From: Octopus vulgaris
Taxonomy: Eukaryota
Length of the DNA: 64,000 nt
Assembly: GCA_951406725.2 (NCBI GenBank)
Contig: OX597824.1
Coordinates: 92,814,001-92,878,000 of the forward strand
Reading direction: 5' to 3'
In this document: positions 28,183-42,417 of the stretch, in pieces
Position numbering within the stretch: the stretch's first letter is position 1
Layout: the number at the start of each line of letters is the position of its first letter
The notes under the pieces: generated by a model
Database searches by the model: none
Seen by the model: the letters and a program-made list of their open reading frames with translations, nothing else
Told to the model about the DNA's origin: nothing
Program-made: the position numbers and the translations under genes

Positions 28183-28912
28183 CGTATATATATATATATA
28201 TACATGCGTATATATATATATATGCATACATACATACATGCATACATATATACATACGTACATGCGTACATACATACATACATACATACGTACATATATA
28301 CACATGCATATAGGTATGTCTACAAATATACGCGGTGGGGAAAAGAGAAAAGGCAGACGAACGTATGCCTCCATACGTAAAGTGTTCCAAACATAAGACG
28401 AAATTGAATCTAAATATAAGATGGAATATCTGTAGAGTGTAGTCAGTGTGATACTGTTTGCATTTAAAGCTTTTCTGATTCAATATTACTGTAATAAGCA
28501 TGTTTTCGGCAGATAATTTAATACTTACATTCATTGAATTGCCCATATGTGTGCTCTGTGTGTGTGTGTATGTCTGTATGCAAATTTATATGTATATATG
28601 TGTAAGTATGTATACTTTAATTTATGCATGTATATATATGTATATATGTATTTAATTCAGAATATCAATGGATGCATAATGATGCAGTATGATTTTCTGT
28701 GTGTGTTTGTGTGTGTGTATGCAGACAAACATATATGTGTGTGTATGTATGTATGTATCTATATATGTATCTGTATGTACGCATGTATAGGTATGTATAT
28801 GTATATATATATGTATATTTATGCATATACATATATATATAGACAGATGGGTAGATAGATAGTTAGATAGATATATAGCTAGATAAAGAGATAGATAGTT
28901 AGTTAGTTAGAT

Positions 28913-29080
28913 AAGTGTCTTTATTGGCCACACAGGGCTGCACACAGATGGAACAAATTACAAGGTAGAGCTTTTCTTTTGGGGGATGAAAAAAAAACAA
29001 AAAACAAAAAACAAAGGAAATAAAAAAAAAGGCGGCGTAGGTTTTCGATCAAAAGGGATCGTAAAAGGGAAAAAAAGAAC
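28913..29080 (-). mobile_element. Tx1-like LINE 3'-end copy in (GATA)n
   Basis: gtctttattggccacacagggctgcacacagatggaacaaattacaaggtagagcttttctttt...tttcgatcaaaagggatcgtaaaagg, followed by (GATA)n. Confidence 0.88.
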
Positions 29081-29090
29081 AGATAGATAA

Positions 29091-29162
<72 letters not shown>

Positions 29163-29187
29163 ATGGATAGACAGATAGAGAAGATTG

Positions 29188-29269
<82 letters not shown>

Positions 29270-30369
29270 CAGATAGATAAATAGATAAACAGACAGATAC
29301 ATGGATACAGAGAGACAGATATAGTGATAAACAAACTGACTAACAGAGAGATAGATAGATATATACATAGGCAGATTCCTATATACATACGCACAGGTTC
29401 TTACACATATATCTAAGCCTGATATTACTCACAGATTGACGTCACGATTAGCCTGATTGTTTGGTTTCTGTATACAATATGCGTCTTATGTAATATCAAG
29501 TGACAGTCAGAATTTTTCTTTCAATATTATGCACATGCATAATTATATACATATAAGCATATATTTATATACAGGTATATATGCGTAAGTATATACATAT
29601 ATATATACAAACACATACACATATAAGCATACATGTATATGTATATCTATCTATCTATCAATATATATATATATATATATATGCATGCATTCATGTGTGT
29701 ATATAAGTATGTATGTATGTGTGTATGCATGTATGTATGTATATTGAAAGGGGCTATGTTTTGGTTTAGTTTATTTCGACTTGCCTTGTTGCATCTGTAT
29801 TGGTAATTCCCTAATGAAAAATATAAATAAAAATGGTGATGGTTTTTTTTTTTCTAGTTTACATCTTCAAAATCATTCGTTGTTGCAATCTGGGAGCGTA
29901 TCACAAATCTTATTGTCTCAGATATGAAAGAGCGAGTTCAGTTATTTTTTGGAAGAACACATGTATAACCATACATTGATGTAACTTCAAAGATTACTGG
30001 ATTTAATATTTCTAGCATATTTAAAATAACACATATATTAATATCATTTAATGAACACATCAATATATGAAAAGCTACTAATAGTTTCTTCCTTTGGAGA
30101 CACCTGTCTAGGAAGATTTTTAAAACATGCCTTGTGTCATCAACAAATCTACAGGTACTGAGCACATGGTCGATTCTATTTCCAAATCATGACGCCATTA
30201 CAACAGAAACTACAAGAAAAAATTGAGAAAGCAGACGAAAAGTTGGGAGGGTGAACAAAATTGAAAAGAAAAGAATAAAAGTTACAGCTATGTTCCGTTT
30301 GATCGAGAAGCCATAATTAAACTAGTTGCAGGATTATTCACCAAATTTATCGATATATATATATATAGA

Positions 30370-30581
30370 CCACCATGTTGAATCGCTAGCTCCTGCACGC
30401 CTTTTTGTTCTCTCCTTGTTTCTCTCCGTGTTTCTTTTCTGTGTATCTTTCTGTTGAAGAGCGTAGGCTCGAAACGTAAAAGACTTGTTTTATTTCTATT
30501 CCTGAGCGCCATACTAATACAATTGTTTGTTTGTACTCCACCTGCCTTCGTCTTTTGTTTATTTTCATAAGATTCCCGTCC

Positions 30582-30582
<1 letters not shown>
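30370..30582 (+). mobile_element. Solo pLTR-like short repeat between (TA)n tracts, with hammerhead variant at 30446-30483
   Basis: tcttt-CTGTTGA-a-gagc gtag gctc-GAAAC-GTA-aaaga. Homologous to 58981-59200 on the minus strand. Confidence 0.75.
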
Positions 30583-30632
<50 letters not shown>

Positions 30633-30849
30633 GTTAACAAATATTTGCATTCCAGAAATATAATCAACATCGTGTATAATGTACGCACATTTTAAAAATA
30701 GGTGACGTTTAATCTAACAACTATTTAGCTATTTAATTGATGGACTACGAAAGAATGAGAATATACTTCAACGCCACCAGGACTCGTACTAAACACGTAA
30801 GGTGCCTTAACGAAACATCTGTGGTAATATTCTTCCTAAACCTGCGAAC

Positions 30850-31465
30850 AGGCAGTAACGTTTACGCGCCGCAGGAGATCTTTAAAGGTATTTCGTTTGT
30901 GCTTCCGCGCTGAAATCAAATTCTACCACGGTTGACTTTGCCGTTCATCATTTCCGGTTCGAAAGAATAAATACCTGGTGAATACAGGGGACAGTTTAAT
31001 CGACCTAGACACTCCACCAAAATTACTGCTGCCGTATCAAAGTTCCAGACCGATATATTCTTTCTAAATTTTTTACAAGGCCATCAGTTTTGAAATTGAA
31101 TGTACAAGTCGCTTACATCCAGCCCATTGCTCAACGGATACTCATTATTGTATTTGATGACATTATACAATAATAGTATGCAACGGAAACATCAAGGTCG
31201 AAGAAATTTGGACTCAGACATTAAAGATCCTAAAGGAATATCAAGCTGACAATTCTGCCATTTCAAAATTTCACAAATGACAGCAGTTTCGGGAGAGGGG
31301 AAAATTCCATGTCGTAGACCATAGTTTATGACTGGTACTCACTTTATCGACCCGAAATATCGACCTCGACAACTTTTGAATTTAGAATGTAAAATCGGAC
31401 GAAATGCCGCTAAGCATTTTGCCCGGCTCACCGACTTATTATAGATTCTACCAGCTCAACGCCTT
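30850..31465. mobile_element. Degenerate SINE family B copies
   Basis: gttgactttgccgttcatc (+) and ctggtactcactttatcgacccgaaa...gaaatgccgctaagcattttgccc (-). Confidence 0.7.
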
Positions 31466-31950
31466 ATTATAGATATCAATATTGATACGGCACATACATT
31501 GAAATCTTTGTAGACAGATAAAGGAAATATAGGTTCTAATAATAATAGAGCATATCATGTGTGAAAACTCTTGTGAGGTTATTCAGTTGACAAATAATCC
31601 TGAACTTAAACATTGACATTGATCCGATCTGTGTTAGATATTTTTTTTCCTTTTCAAAATCCCTTTCAATGTAGAGATAGCAAACTTTACGCATGTCTCC
31701 ATACGCGTAACTGCACACAATGATACTGATATGAAGAAACATTTCGGAAGAAAAAGTAACGATAATGTGCAATTATTATTTATACAAGTTCACGTTTATA
31801 TGATGGATCTATCTATGTGAATGTGTGTGTGTGTGTAAATATGTACGCTTCTGTGAAAACATGCACACACGTAATATTTTAATGCTTGATAAGAAATGGG
31901 ATTACATGAATAGACAAGGTCTGGAGACTACAAGTCTTTTTCCCAAACTG

Positions 31951-31991
<41 letters not shown>

Positions 31992-31992
<1 letters not shown>

Positions 31993-32123
31993 GACGGGAT
32001 TATTTCAGTTCCCATCTAACAAATCCACTCACAAGGCTTTGGTCTGCCCGAGGCTATAGTAGAAGACACTTGCCCACGGTGCCACACAATAGGACTGAAA
32101 CCAGAACCATGTGGTTGGTAAGC
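31992..32123 (-). mobile_element. SINE family A 5' part
   Basis: caaatccactcacaaggctttggtctgcccgaggctatagtagaagacacttgccc. Confidence 0.85.
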
Positions 32124-32579
32124 ACTTTGGACGAGCGTTTCACCCAATCGGTTGCACAAGGAGCCATGTTAACGTTGATATGGGAATTCGATTTTGGCCA
32201 GGCTTAGACCACCATTTTTCATTCAGTTGCTTATATAAAATGTCGCTTTAAATCGGAGTATAGATATTGATATATAGTTATGATTGTACTAAAACACTTC
32301 CATAGCCGTTCTATCTCCGTATCTTACAAAGTTTGTTTACATATTTTGGGTTTGTTTACATATTTTTAGCATGGTGTGACCCTTTAGTAATGATGAAATT
32401 CGCTATTGCTTTGGTTTCTCTACATCATTTAGCTCTCCTAATCTATCTTTTCTGGAGAAGTGCAATAGATTTGAACCGTTTACGATTTGCTTCTCAAGCC
32501 TGACCGTCTGTTTAAAACACCCGCTTTGCACTGTTTACTTTTAGCCCTTCTCTGCATTCCATTTCTTTTATTTTTTGCA

Positions 32580-32639
<60 letters not shown>

Positions 32640-33471
32640 GGGAGAGAATATGTGTATATTTCCCTTGATAACAATTAACATGGAAAAATAGATAAAAAGT
32701 TACCATTGTAGGACAAAATCATACAAGTAAAAAGGATGTAACTCCTTGTCTTTAAAGGTAGAAACTCCGGGCTTACGTGAAATATTGTGCATAATATATA
32801 TAAATACATAAATAAATACATAAATAAATGGACGTTTTATTCAAATTCTTTTACTTTCGACACATGTTTCGAAGATATCACAGGTAAAATTTCAAAGGAA
32901 TATGGTGTAAGAAAAGGAAGATAACCCTTATTTAAACCCATATTTTCTTTCTGAAGGTAAATCTGTCTTTCACAGATAATTACACTAAACATAAGGTAAC
33001 TAATAGTAAAACCATTTTGTTAATTATTGCTTATGGGAGACAAATTAAATCTAATCTTCCTTTGCAGTATCGTGAAGCTATTATTAGGAATTTTCCAAAG
33101 AATTCTAGGTATTACTCTATTATGAACTCATACACGGTTAGGATTGTTTTTCCAACACAAAAATCTCTTACAAATTATCTCTTCGCGTAATACTAGCCTG
33201 TTAAATAGGGATACATTTACTAATACTAACTTTAATTTAGCTAATAACATCCATCCCCTTAGAAATATTAATAAGAAGGTTATTGTATATGGAGTACATT
33301 ACAACAGAATCAAGTGTATGTCTAGTAATTCTAGGATTAGAAACTCTATATACCAGTGTAGAATTATTTCTAATAATGAAGTATTTTTTTATATAGGAAG
33401 CTCATCGTCTCAGTTATCTGAAAGAAATTCTAATCATTACTCTACATTTAGGGATAGGAATAAACGCACAG

Positions 33472-33682
33472 GACTTTCACTTGACAGCATTCATCCGGGG
33501 TGGGTTGAGCTGGCTTCATTCATCCTCAGTGCTGCATCTCTCACAAACGCCGACCAGGTCTGGTGATTTGAGCCTAACGACCGCATGATCTCCGACCACT
33601 CCTTATTCCAGCGGCAAACGCCGTAGGTATGGGGGCCTAGGTTGGGTTCCAGATCAGCCTTGCCTGTCATCAGCCAGGGCCT
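33472..33682 (-). mobile_element. RTE-clade LINE 3' end inserted into the PLE
   Basis: Minus strand WLMTGKADLEPNLGPHTYGVCRWNKEWSEIMRSLGSNHQTWSAFVRDAALRMNEASSTHPG*, then a very short 3'UTR ending caagtgaaag, typical of RTE ends. Confidence 0.8.
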
Positions 33683-34056
33683 TGTAAATTAACGTACTAA
33701 TTAGCGTAAATTAACAATAAACGTAGAGGGTTTAGTAAATTAATTTGGTATCAAAATGACCACAATGTTGAATCTCTCAATTTCGATACCTTTTGATAAA
33801 GTCAAGGAATGCTATCTTCTCTGTAATTCTGAACTATTTTCTTATTCTTTTTTTAAAAAAACCCTTGTAAACACGGTTAACATTTCAATTGGGTTTTTTT
33901 CCTTCCTTTTGCCCCTCCACATACTATAGGCTACATTTGATGTTATATCCTCAACCGTTTCTTTTTCTAAAATTCAAACTTAATAGCGTTCAGTTAATCA
34001 CTATACATATCCATCATATTCTGTTAAAATTTCTTATTGACGAGTTTCATTTCTTC

Positions 34057-34145
34057 ACTTCCCTGAAGAGAAGATTACCTTGTTTGACACCATTCTATTC
34101 CTTTAGAATAATACCAGTGATATCTTCGAAACATGTTTCGGAAGT
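34057..34145 (+). ncRNA. Type I hammerhead motif with long stem II in the PLE pLTR
   Basis: acttcc-CTGAAGA-gaagat...atcttc-GAAAC-ATGT-TTC-ggaagt. The inverted copy at about 32853-32876 keeps the GTC triplet. Confidence 0.7.
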
Positions 34146-34176
34146 AAAAGAATTTCAATAACATCTGCGTCTACCT

Positions 34177-34231
<55 letters not shown>

Positions 34232-34552
34232 CAAATATATTATATATATATGTATACATATAAATACGTATATACTATATATATATATATACATATATAC
34301 AAATATATTACATACATGTATACATATAAATACGTATATACTATATATATATGTATGTACGTATTTATGTAAGTTTATACACATATATCAAAGCTCGTGT
34401 ATGTACACGAACTTACATATATCAAGTGCAATATTACTGACAGGCCACGAGTGTATATTTACCAATAGATAATTATTCATTCATATATGCGCCGAGTATA
34501 TCTGTAAATGTACAATTTTAAGTTATCTCAATTTTATTAAGAGCAATGACAC

Positions 34553-34629
<77 letters not shown>

Positions 34630-35166
34630 TTGTGCGTGTGTCTCTGTGTATATATGTATGGATGTACGTATGTATACTTATGTGCGCGTGCGTGCGTGAG
34701 TCTGTCGAAATTCACTCGTCTATTATTACGATTCATCAAGAATTTGTAATTTTATTCCTTGGGAAATGCTTTGTAGAAATTGGTTATTCTAATTGAATGT
34801 TAACACCGGCTTTTGCATGTCAGACATTGTTGCTTAAGTATTAATAGCAATTCGACATTTCGTTGAGAAAGACAAGAAAACATAACAATTGAATCAGTGA
34901 GAGAAACCGAAAGAGAAAGCTGGTTAAGAGAATACAGAGAAAGAGAATGGTTGGGAAGTTAAAAGGAAAGAAATTCGGAGAGATAAGAGCAACAGCGATG
35001 TAGAGGCAAGCAAATAAAATGTACAGAAGCAATATTTCATTAAATGTCAAAAGTTTGGAAATTATTCTGATAAACTTTGTGTGAAAATCCGCTCCAGATT
35101 TTATGCATTTCACCAGTATATAAATAAGCTAAAATTTATAACGTGAGCAATTAGATGTACATTTTC

Positions 35167-35168
35167 TG

Positions 35169-35231
<63 letters not shown>

Positions 35232-35236
35232 GTCTA

Positions 35237-35289
<53 letters not shown>

Positions 35290-35306
35290 GTATATGTCTG
35301 TCTATC

Positions 35307-35352
<46 letters not shown>

Positions 35353-35377
35353 GTCTATCTATCTATCTATCTATCTG

Positions 35378-35412
<35 letters not shown>
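35167..35412. repeat. (TCTA)n microsatellite
   Basis: Directly visible. Confidence 0.97.
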
Positions 35413-35414
<2 letters not shown>

Positions 35415-35428
35415 TATATATCTATATA

Positions 35429-35470
<42 letters not shown>

Positions 35471-35524
35471 GCTCTCTCTCTCTTTGTCTCTCTTTCTCTG
35501 TATATATATATATATATATATATT

Positions 35525-35692
35525 CCTTTTACGCTTTTTTATGTTTCAGTCATTCGACACTTTCCGTTTAAGAAATCCAGTCACAAGGCTTTGGTCGGTC
35601 CGAGGCTATGGTAGAAGACACTTGCCCAAGGTGCCACGTGGTATGACTGAACCCAGAACCATGTGCTTAGTAAGCAAGCTACGTACCACACT
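35525..35692 (-). mobile_element. SINE family A, internally deleted copy
   Basis: tgtttcagtcattcgac joined to tcacaaggctttggtcggtccgaggctatggtagaagacacttgcccaagg. Confidence 0.8.
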
Positions 35693-36110
35693 TACCATAT
35701 ATATATAAAGAATAAAGAGAAACTGGAGAGGGAATTTACCTCTGTCTGTCTTTCCTCTTCCTCTCTTACTACCTCTCTGTCTGTCTGTCTGTCCTCTATC
35801 TCTCACTACCTCTCCTCTCTGACTGTCCTCTTCCTCTCTCATTATCTCTCTGTATGTCTGTCAGTTTCTCTCTCCCTCTCTCTGCTTCTCTCTTGCGTGT
35901 TTTCAGTATCTCTAGTTTTACTGTCTTCATTGGCATCCGTTCACTTCTTTTACTCTTCCATTTGTTAGCCATTCAAGAGCTGAGTATCAGTGGGACAACC
36001 GGCGATTGGTTTTAAATGGAAACTGCTCGGAGGAGGAAAGACAAATGAGAACGTACACGTTCACGACAGAATGAAGATTTTTATCGGAAATGTTAAAATA
36101 ATTGATCGAC

Positions 36111-36112
<2 letters not shown>

Positions 36113-36159
<47 letters not shown>

Positions 36160-36316
36160 TGTGTGTGTGTGAGTGTGTGAGTATGTGTGTGTGTGAGTGT
36201 GCGTGTGTGTGTGTGAGTGTGTGTGTGTGTGAGTGTGTGTGTATGTGTGTGTGAGTGAGTGTGTGTGTTTGAGTGTGTGAGTATGTGTGTGTGTGTGTGA
36301 GTGATTGTGTGTGTGT
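36113..36316. repeat. (GT)n / (GAGT) compound microsatellite
   Basis: Directly visible. Confidence 0.97.
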
Positions 36317-37299
36317 GGAGGGGCATAAACTGCCATAAAATCACCTTTAGAATAAAGTAGCTATCGTCAGTTGTGGCGGGAATGTTAAATGCGCATTTCT
36401 GCGTCCTTAGGCTCTGTCAATAGCATATATTCATGCTAAAACAAATTCTGTCGCTAGAGACATAGAAGAAATAGAAAAAAAACTGTTTTTTTTTATTTTT
36501 TAAATTTGGCTTTTCCTCTTATGTTTACCTGTGCATATTTAAGTTATTCGATAAGTGGAATTTGCTTTGTTCCTACATCTTCAGGCGTTGTCTTCCAAAG
36601 AATCAAACGACGACATCGTGCATTGTTTTATATTTACCTATAACAAAGCGTAAATCTTTTTTTTTCTTTATTATTGCTGATTAATATGCGAAGCTACACG
36701 TTTGATATTTCAAGGAAATTTTTTAAAGAAGTCTATAACGAACATCACATATTCAACATTTAAGAATGTTAATTCTTCGTGATTCTATCTCACCTAGTTT
36801 ACCCTGATTAAGCGGATAATACAACTGAACATGATATGAAAGTATCAGTTAGTCTATTCTTGCAGCAGTTACCAAGAGAAAAAAGGAAAAAAATATCACG
36901 TGTATCAATACTGAATAGACAAAAAAAAAATACTGTAATGTAAATCGTATCGTAAAAGAGTTACCTGCAACCCATTTACAAATAGCATGCTGAACGTTCC
37001 GTTTTAAATAAAAGTCTTCTTTTTAAGCGCTTCGTTTTGTGTGTTTATATTTATTTGGACGTTTCTCTCTTTAGTGTTTGTTTATTGTTTGTTAGGTGTT
37101 TGTTTATTGTTTGTTATAATATTTGTTTTGTGTTGTTCTTTTTTTTTTGGTTTTATATATTTATATATATATATATTTTTTTTTTCTCCGATGGGCATTT
37201 TTCTTACAATTCTTTCTTTGCTGTTAACAGCATTCAAATGTATTCGAATTTTTGTTCTTAGCCAGCCATCAGCATAATCACACAATGAGAACAGCACCA

Positions 37300-37330
37300 C
37301 CATCATCATCATCATCATCATCATCATCAT

Positions 37331-37369
<39 letters not shown>

Positions 37370-37394
37370 GTCATCATTATTATCGTCATCATCA

Positions 37395-37433
<39 letters not shown>

Positions 37434-37470
37434 TATCATCATCATCATCATCATCATCATTATCATCATA
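37300..37470. repeat. (CAT)n microsatellite
   Basis: Directly visible. Confidence 0.97.
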
Positions 37471-38094
37471 GTCGTTGTCGTCATCGTCGTCATCAACATA
37501 GATGTAAAAAAAACAAATGATGAGAATGATGGCAATCACAACCACAAATACAATGAATAGAGAATCACAATCATCGTCAGCGTCATCACCAAAACACAAA
37601 AGAGAACGCTGTGTCATGGATATTCGATTTGCAAGAAATAACAGCCATGTCTTACAGAAACTATCATTAGCAAAACGTCGCGCTGGTAACATTGGTCACA
37701 AATCCGTGCACAGGAGGTGATGGATTTTGGAGTCCTTCTGATATTCAAGCAAAGAAACAGATGTGACAAACACTATTGGATTGTCTTTGACCTTAAGTTT
37801 GTCCACGACCTATAAACTGGAACTAACATGTAATATTAGTTGATGGCACTGTCTAAGTAATATAAGTAGATAGTGTGGCCTAAAATGTATGACTGATTCA
37901 TAAACTTCAGATGCTGGGATCGAATCCAAGCACAACTTAAGTAGGTGATAAGGCTGACCATTTTCAGCGTCAATCCTTTACGCGGTTGCCTGATATGTTA
38001 GAAATAGCATCCCAATCCCCTTTTAATCCCATTCTGCATCTAGGAAAAAATATTATGGAATATGTTATCTTAGTATGTTATCTGCTTGAGTACA

Positions 38095-38250
38095 GGTGCT
38101 TGTTCACGTAACTTAGCGGTTCGGTAAAGAAACTAATAGAATAATTTTCAGATCTAAAAATGAGGGCTGAAATCGAACAGTTCAATTAAAGCAATTCAAG
38201 GTGATGCCCCAGCATGGTCGCAGTGTAATGACAGAAGGGAGTAAATTATA
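38095..38250 (+). mobile_element. SINE family A 3' half (degenerate)
   Basis: cgtaacttagcggttcggtaaaga...ccccagcatggtcgcagtgtaatgacagaa. Confidence 0.7.
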
Positions 38251-39361
38251 AAGACTAGCTTAGTACGACCGCTTCGGTTCGATTGTCATGTTAATCGGCA
38301 ACATATCATGAGTAGAAAAGAGATTGAGTGATAAGCATTATTACACTTGAATTCATATTCATATATATGGAAAAACCGCAAAGCCCACCTTGAATGTACT
38401 ACTGAACCATCTACGACACCACACTTTCTTTGTCCTCACTTGACGCATTCGCTAAAACTACCAATATAATGACTAACAGGAACAAAAAGACCAACATCAA
38501 TAACGACAGCAGCTAATCTTTCATCACCGGGAACAAAAACGAAAGGCGCTGTATTGGCACTCGTTCTGCAGCAACTCCCACCCGCTGGCTTAGGCTAGAA
38601 TTGTAATGGCCGCTAAGAGCAGAAACAACCTAAACAAAATCAACCAATAACACAAGCAGCCAATATGGAGGGAGAAAAACGGTTTACAATAATGGAACCT
38701 TATTATACTACATTCTCGAACATGTGTAAATATGTTTTCTTTTCTTTTTTCTTTTTTTTCATTTCTTTCATTCAAATTTATATTTTGTTCTGTTTCGCAT
38801 TTTTGTTTTCATTTATTTTTCTTTTCATTCATTCCGTCAAACACTAACCATTTTGGAGAATTTTGTGTTCAACCCATTTCGGTGTAAAAAGAAAACAAAT
38901 AATAAGTTATCTTTACAACTGGTTCTTTATCTGAGTAACAGAGTAGAGAGTAGAGTAATGTACAGAACTGGTGATTCTGAACGCCTTTCTTACATAATTA
39001 AGGGTCAGTATAATCTACTAAAAGATTCGTAATATTGTAATTGTACCCAGTACAGCAACACACGGAGTGTAACAAGAAACATTCTCTTTGTTCATACAAA
39101 GTGTTGATACGTTGGTATAATACGAATATAAAAGGGAAGATGAAAGCGAGAGAAGAGAGAAGAGAGAGAGGAAGGAGTGAAGGAGCGGAGAAGGAGAGTT
39201 AAAATAGATAAAAGAATAGAAAAAGCGAGTAAGGAATACCACAAGCAGATTCTCAAACAATGATCAGATGAACAGCGATTTTAGACTGGAAACAATAGAA
39301 ACAATAACAGGATTCCATGCCACACCGTCGACAAAAAAACTGCATCTCCTTTCAAAAATCG

Positions 39362-39411
<50 letters not shown>

Positions 39412-39429
39412 AATATATAAATATATGTG

Positions 39430-39483
<54 letters not shown>

Positions 39484-39632
39484 ATTTATACATATATACA
39501 TACATATATACATATGTATATACATATGTATATACATATATATACATATATACATCGTTTTGCAAAATTCCTGATGTGAAAACGAGTATACGTACTAGCA
39601 CACACACACATATGTATGTGTATATATATACG

Positions 39633-39723
<91 letters not shown>

Positions 39724-40562
39724 TTAAGTATGTACGTATATATACACACATTTATACAAATATGCATGCACAACTATATACATATAATATTATATATGTA
39801 TATATGTATATGTATTCGTATACATATATATATATATACATGTATATATATATATATATATACATACATATATGAATGTATCTATTCATGCATACATACA
39901 TATTTTTCTATACGGATACATAGACCCAACATACATACATACATCCATATATATATATATATATATACATATTCAAGTACAGTGCATGTTATGTGATATG
40001 CGTGCACTGAACCTACATCTACGAATGTGTGTGTGTGTGTGTGTGTGTTTGTGTGTGATTATGTGGATATGTGAGTAAATCTGTGAGTTGGATCGTAATG
40101 CATGTTTACATAAGAAACATCTCTAAGCCATGTTATGTTTTGTATTTATTTAGTATTACATCTTCAAGTAAAGGCAATGAGTATCCAGTAGGAATGCAGG
40201 CATTCATTAGAGAGAGCCAAATCACATGGTTCAAGACTTAAGTAAAGTGACAAGCCGCCGCTAACAGATATTGATTCGACTTAATCAATGTTTACACATG
40301 CATTGTAGCGCGCCTTTTTATTTAGTGGTGCAATAGGAATTTTGCCGTCGCTATTGATGCGTTCAGTATCGATAACAATATATGCACGTACACGGATTCT
40401 CTGAGAGTACGGCACACACACGCATGCACACAGAAATATATACAGACACACACGCGGACACACACACAAACACCGAAACACGCACTTTTACATGTACACA
40501 ATCGAACACAAACGCACACCAGCACACAAACATCCACATGCACTGGATGTATGGATGTACAA

Positions 40563-40626
<64 letters not shown>

Positions 40627-40657
40627 ATAAATATGTATATATATGTATGTATGTATG

Positions 40658-40689
<32 letters not shown>

Positions 40690-41470
40690 TATACATACAT
40701 ATATATATATATATATGTATGTATACACACATACATGTATACATATATATATATGTATGTTTACATGTACATATATATATATATGTATATATATGGACGT
40801 ACGTAGACGCACAGACACATATATATTGGAAGCGGGTGAGTGGGAGAGAGAAAGAGAAACCACGTGAGGAAATGTAAATAATTATTTGCATAGATCCTAC
40901 ACAAACACACATACTCACACACTCACACACACATATATATGCACACATGTATATATACACGCACATACACACATATATATATTTATATTTATTTATATAT
41001 ATATATATATACATTTATATATATGGAAATATATGTAGACACACAAACAAATGTATTTCTGTAAATACGCAAACGTGTGCGTCCTTACGTGCATCTATGT
41101 ATCTATTCATATATATATGTGTGTGAGTATTTGTGTTTCTGTGTGTAGGCATGTATACGCATATATATATATATATATATATACATGCGTGTGTCTTTGT
41201 ATATGTGTATGTATTTAATTATGTATATATTTGCAAGGACTTAAAGCAATGTCCTTATATCGGACAAATGCGTTTAAAGTATGAAAGTATGCAACTGTAT
41301 TTATGCATTTGCGTTGCATTTCTTGCAGTGTCCGTTGCATGTTTGAAATTAACACTACATACAGTGCAACTGAACATAAATACTTTTTTGTACAACAAAT
41401 CTGCTTATTATTTAATGCATAAAAAATACCTCCACATGTATACGCACAAGCACATGCACTTATACATATA

Positions 41471-41537
<67 letters not shown>

Positions 41538-41708
41538 ATATATGAATATATATGTTTGTGTTTCTGTGTATATGTGTGTATGTGTGTCTTGTTTGTGGGC
41601 GTGCGTGCGTGGCTCGTGGTCTATTTTATATATTTTCTGCTTAATGGCTGTTTCTGTATAAATTAAGATTAATGTTGTGATTTTCGCGTGAGATCATATA
41701 TATATATG

Positions 41709-41764
<56 letters not shown>

Positions 41765-41999
41765 ATATATATATATATATATATATCAATATTTACATAT
41801 TGTCCACGTGCGTGTGCGTGTGTATGTGTGGTGTGGGTTTGTGCGTATCTCTGTCTGTCTGTGTGCGCGACTGCGGCATTCTTGCTCTTAATTTTCTGTC
41901 CTTTTTCGTCTTATATAACATACGGGAAAGTGATTTGTGAAATGTCTGTTCCCGAAGTACATACGGTTACCGTATCTATTCAAGATATATACTTCAAAC

Positions 42000-42063
<64 letters not shown>

Positions 42064-42074
42064 ATATATACACA

Positions 42075-42228
42075 TATCATATGTTTTGACGCACACAATG
42101 ATTACAGAATTACAACTTATATCCGTACGCACTGAGAGATGTTTATATATATATATATATATATATATCATATGCGTCGACGTACACAATGATTAGAGAA
42201 TTATAACTTATGCTCGTATTCAATGAGA

Positions 42229-42235
<7 letters not shown>
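42075..42235. repeat. Diverged tandem duplication of a ~70-bp unit separated by (TA)n
   Basis: tatcatatg.t..gacg.acacaatgatta.agaatta.aacttat...cgta..ca.tgagagatgt occurs twice. Confidence 0.85.
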
Positions 42236-42309
<74 letters not shown>

Positions 42310-42320
42310 AATGTATATTA

Positions 42321-42345
42321 TATCATAAAACGTAAGATGTATGTG

Positions 42346-42391
<46 letters not shown>

Positions 42392-42417
42392 CACATACAT
42401 CTTACGTTATTATGATA
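42321..42417. repeat. Short fold-back palindrome centred on (TA)n
   Basis: tatcataaaacgtaagatgtatgtgatta-(TA)n-taatcacatacatcttacgttattatgata. Confidence 0.9.

Larger units (their letters stand above)
32839..34160 (+). mobile_element. Degenerate PLE (Naiad-like GIY-YIG) with an inverted partial pLTR at the 5' end and an HHR-bearing pLTR at the 3' end
   Basis: Peptides RNFPKNSRYYSIMNSYTVRIVF and NSIYQCRIISNNEVFFYIGSSSSQLSERNSNHYSTFR, then FSKLIW and CYLLCNSE after an RTE insertion. 32839-32930 is an inverted copy of about 34070-34160. Confidence 0.8.

Noticed and set aside
29938-30200. CRFVDDT motif resembling an RT YxDD box
   Set aside because: No other RT motifs are recognisable nearby, so it is too weak to call.
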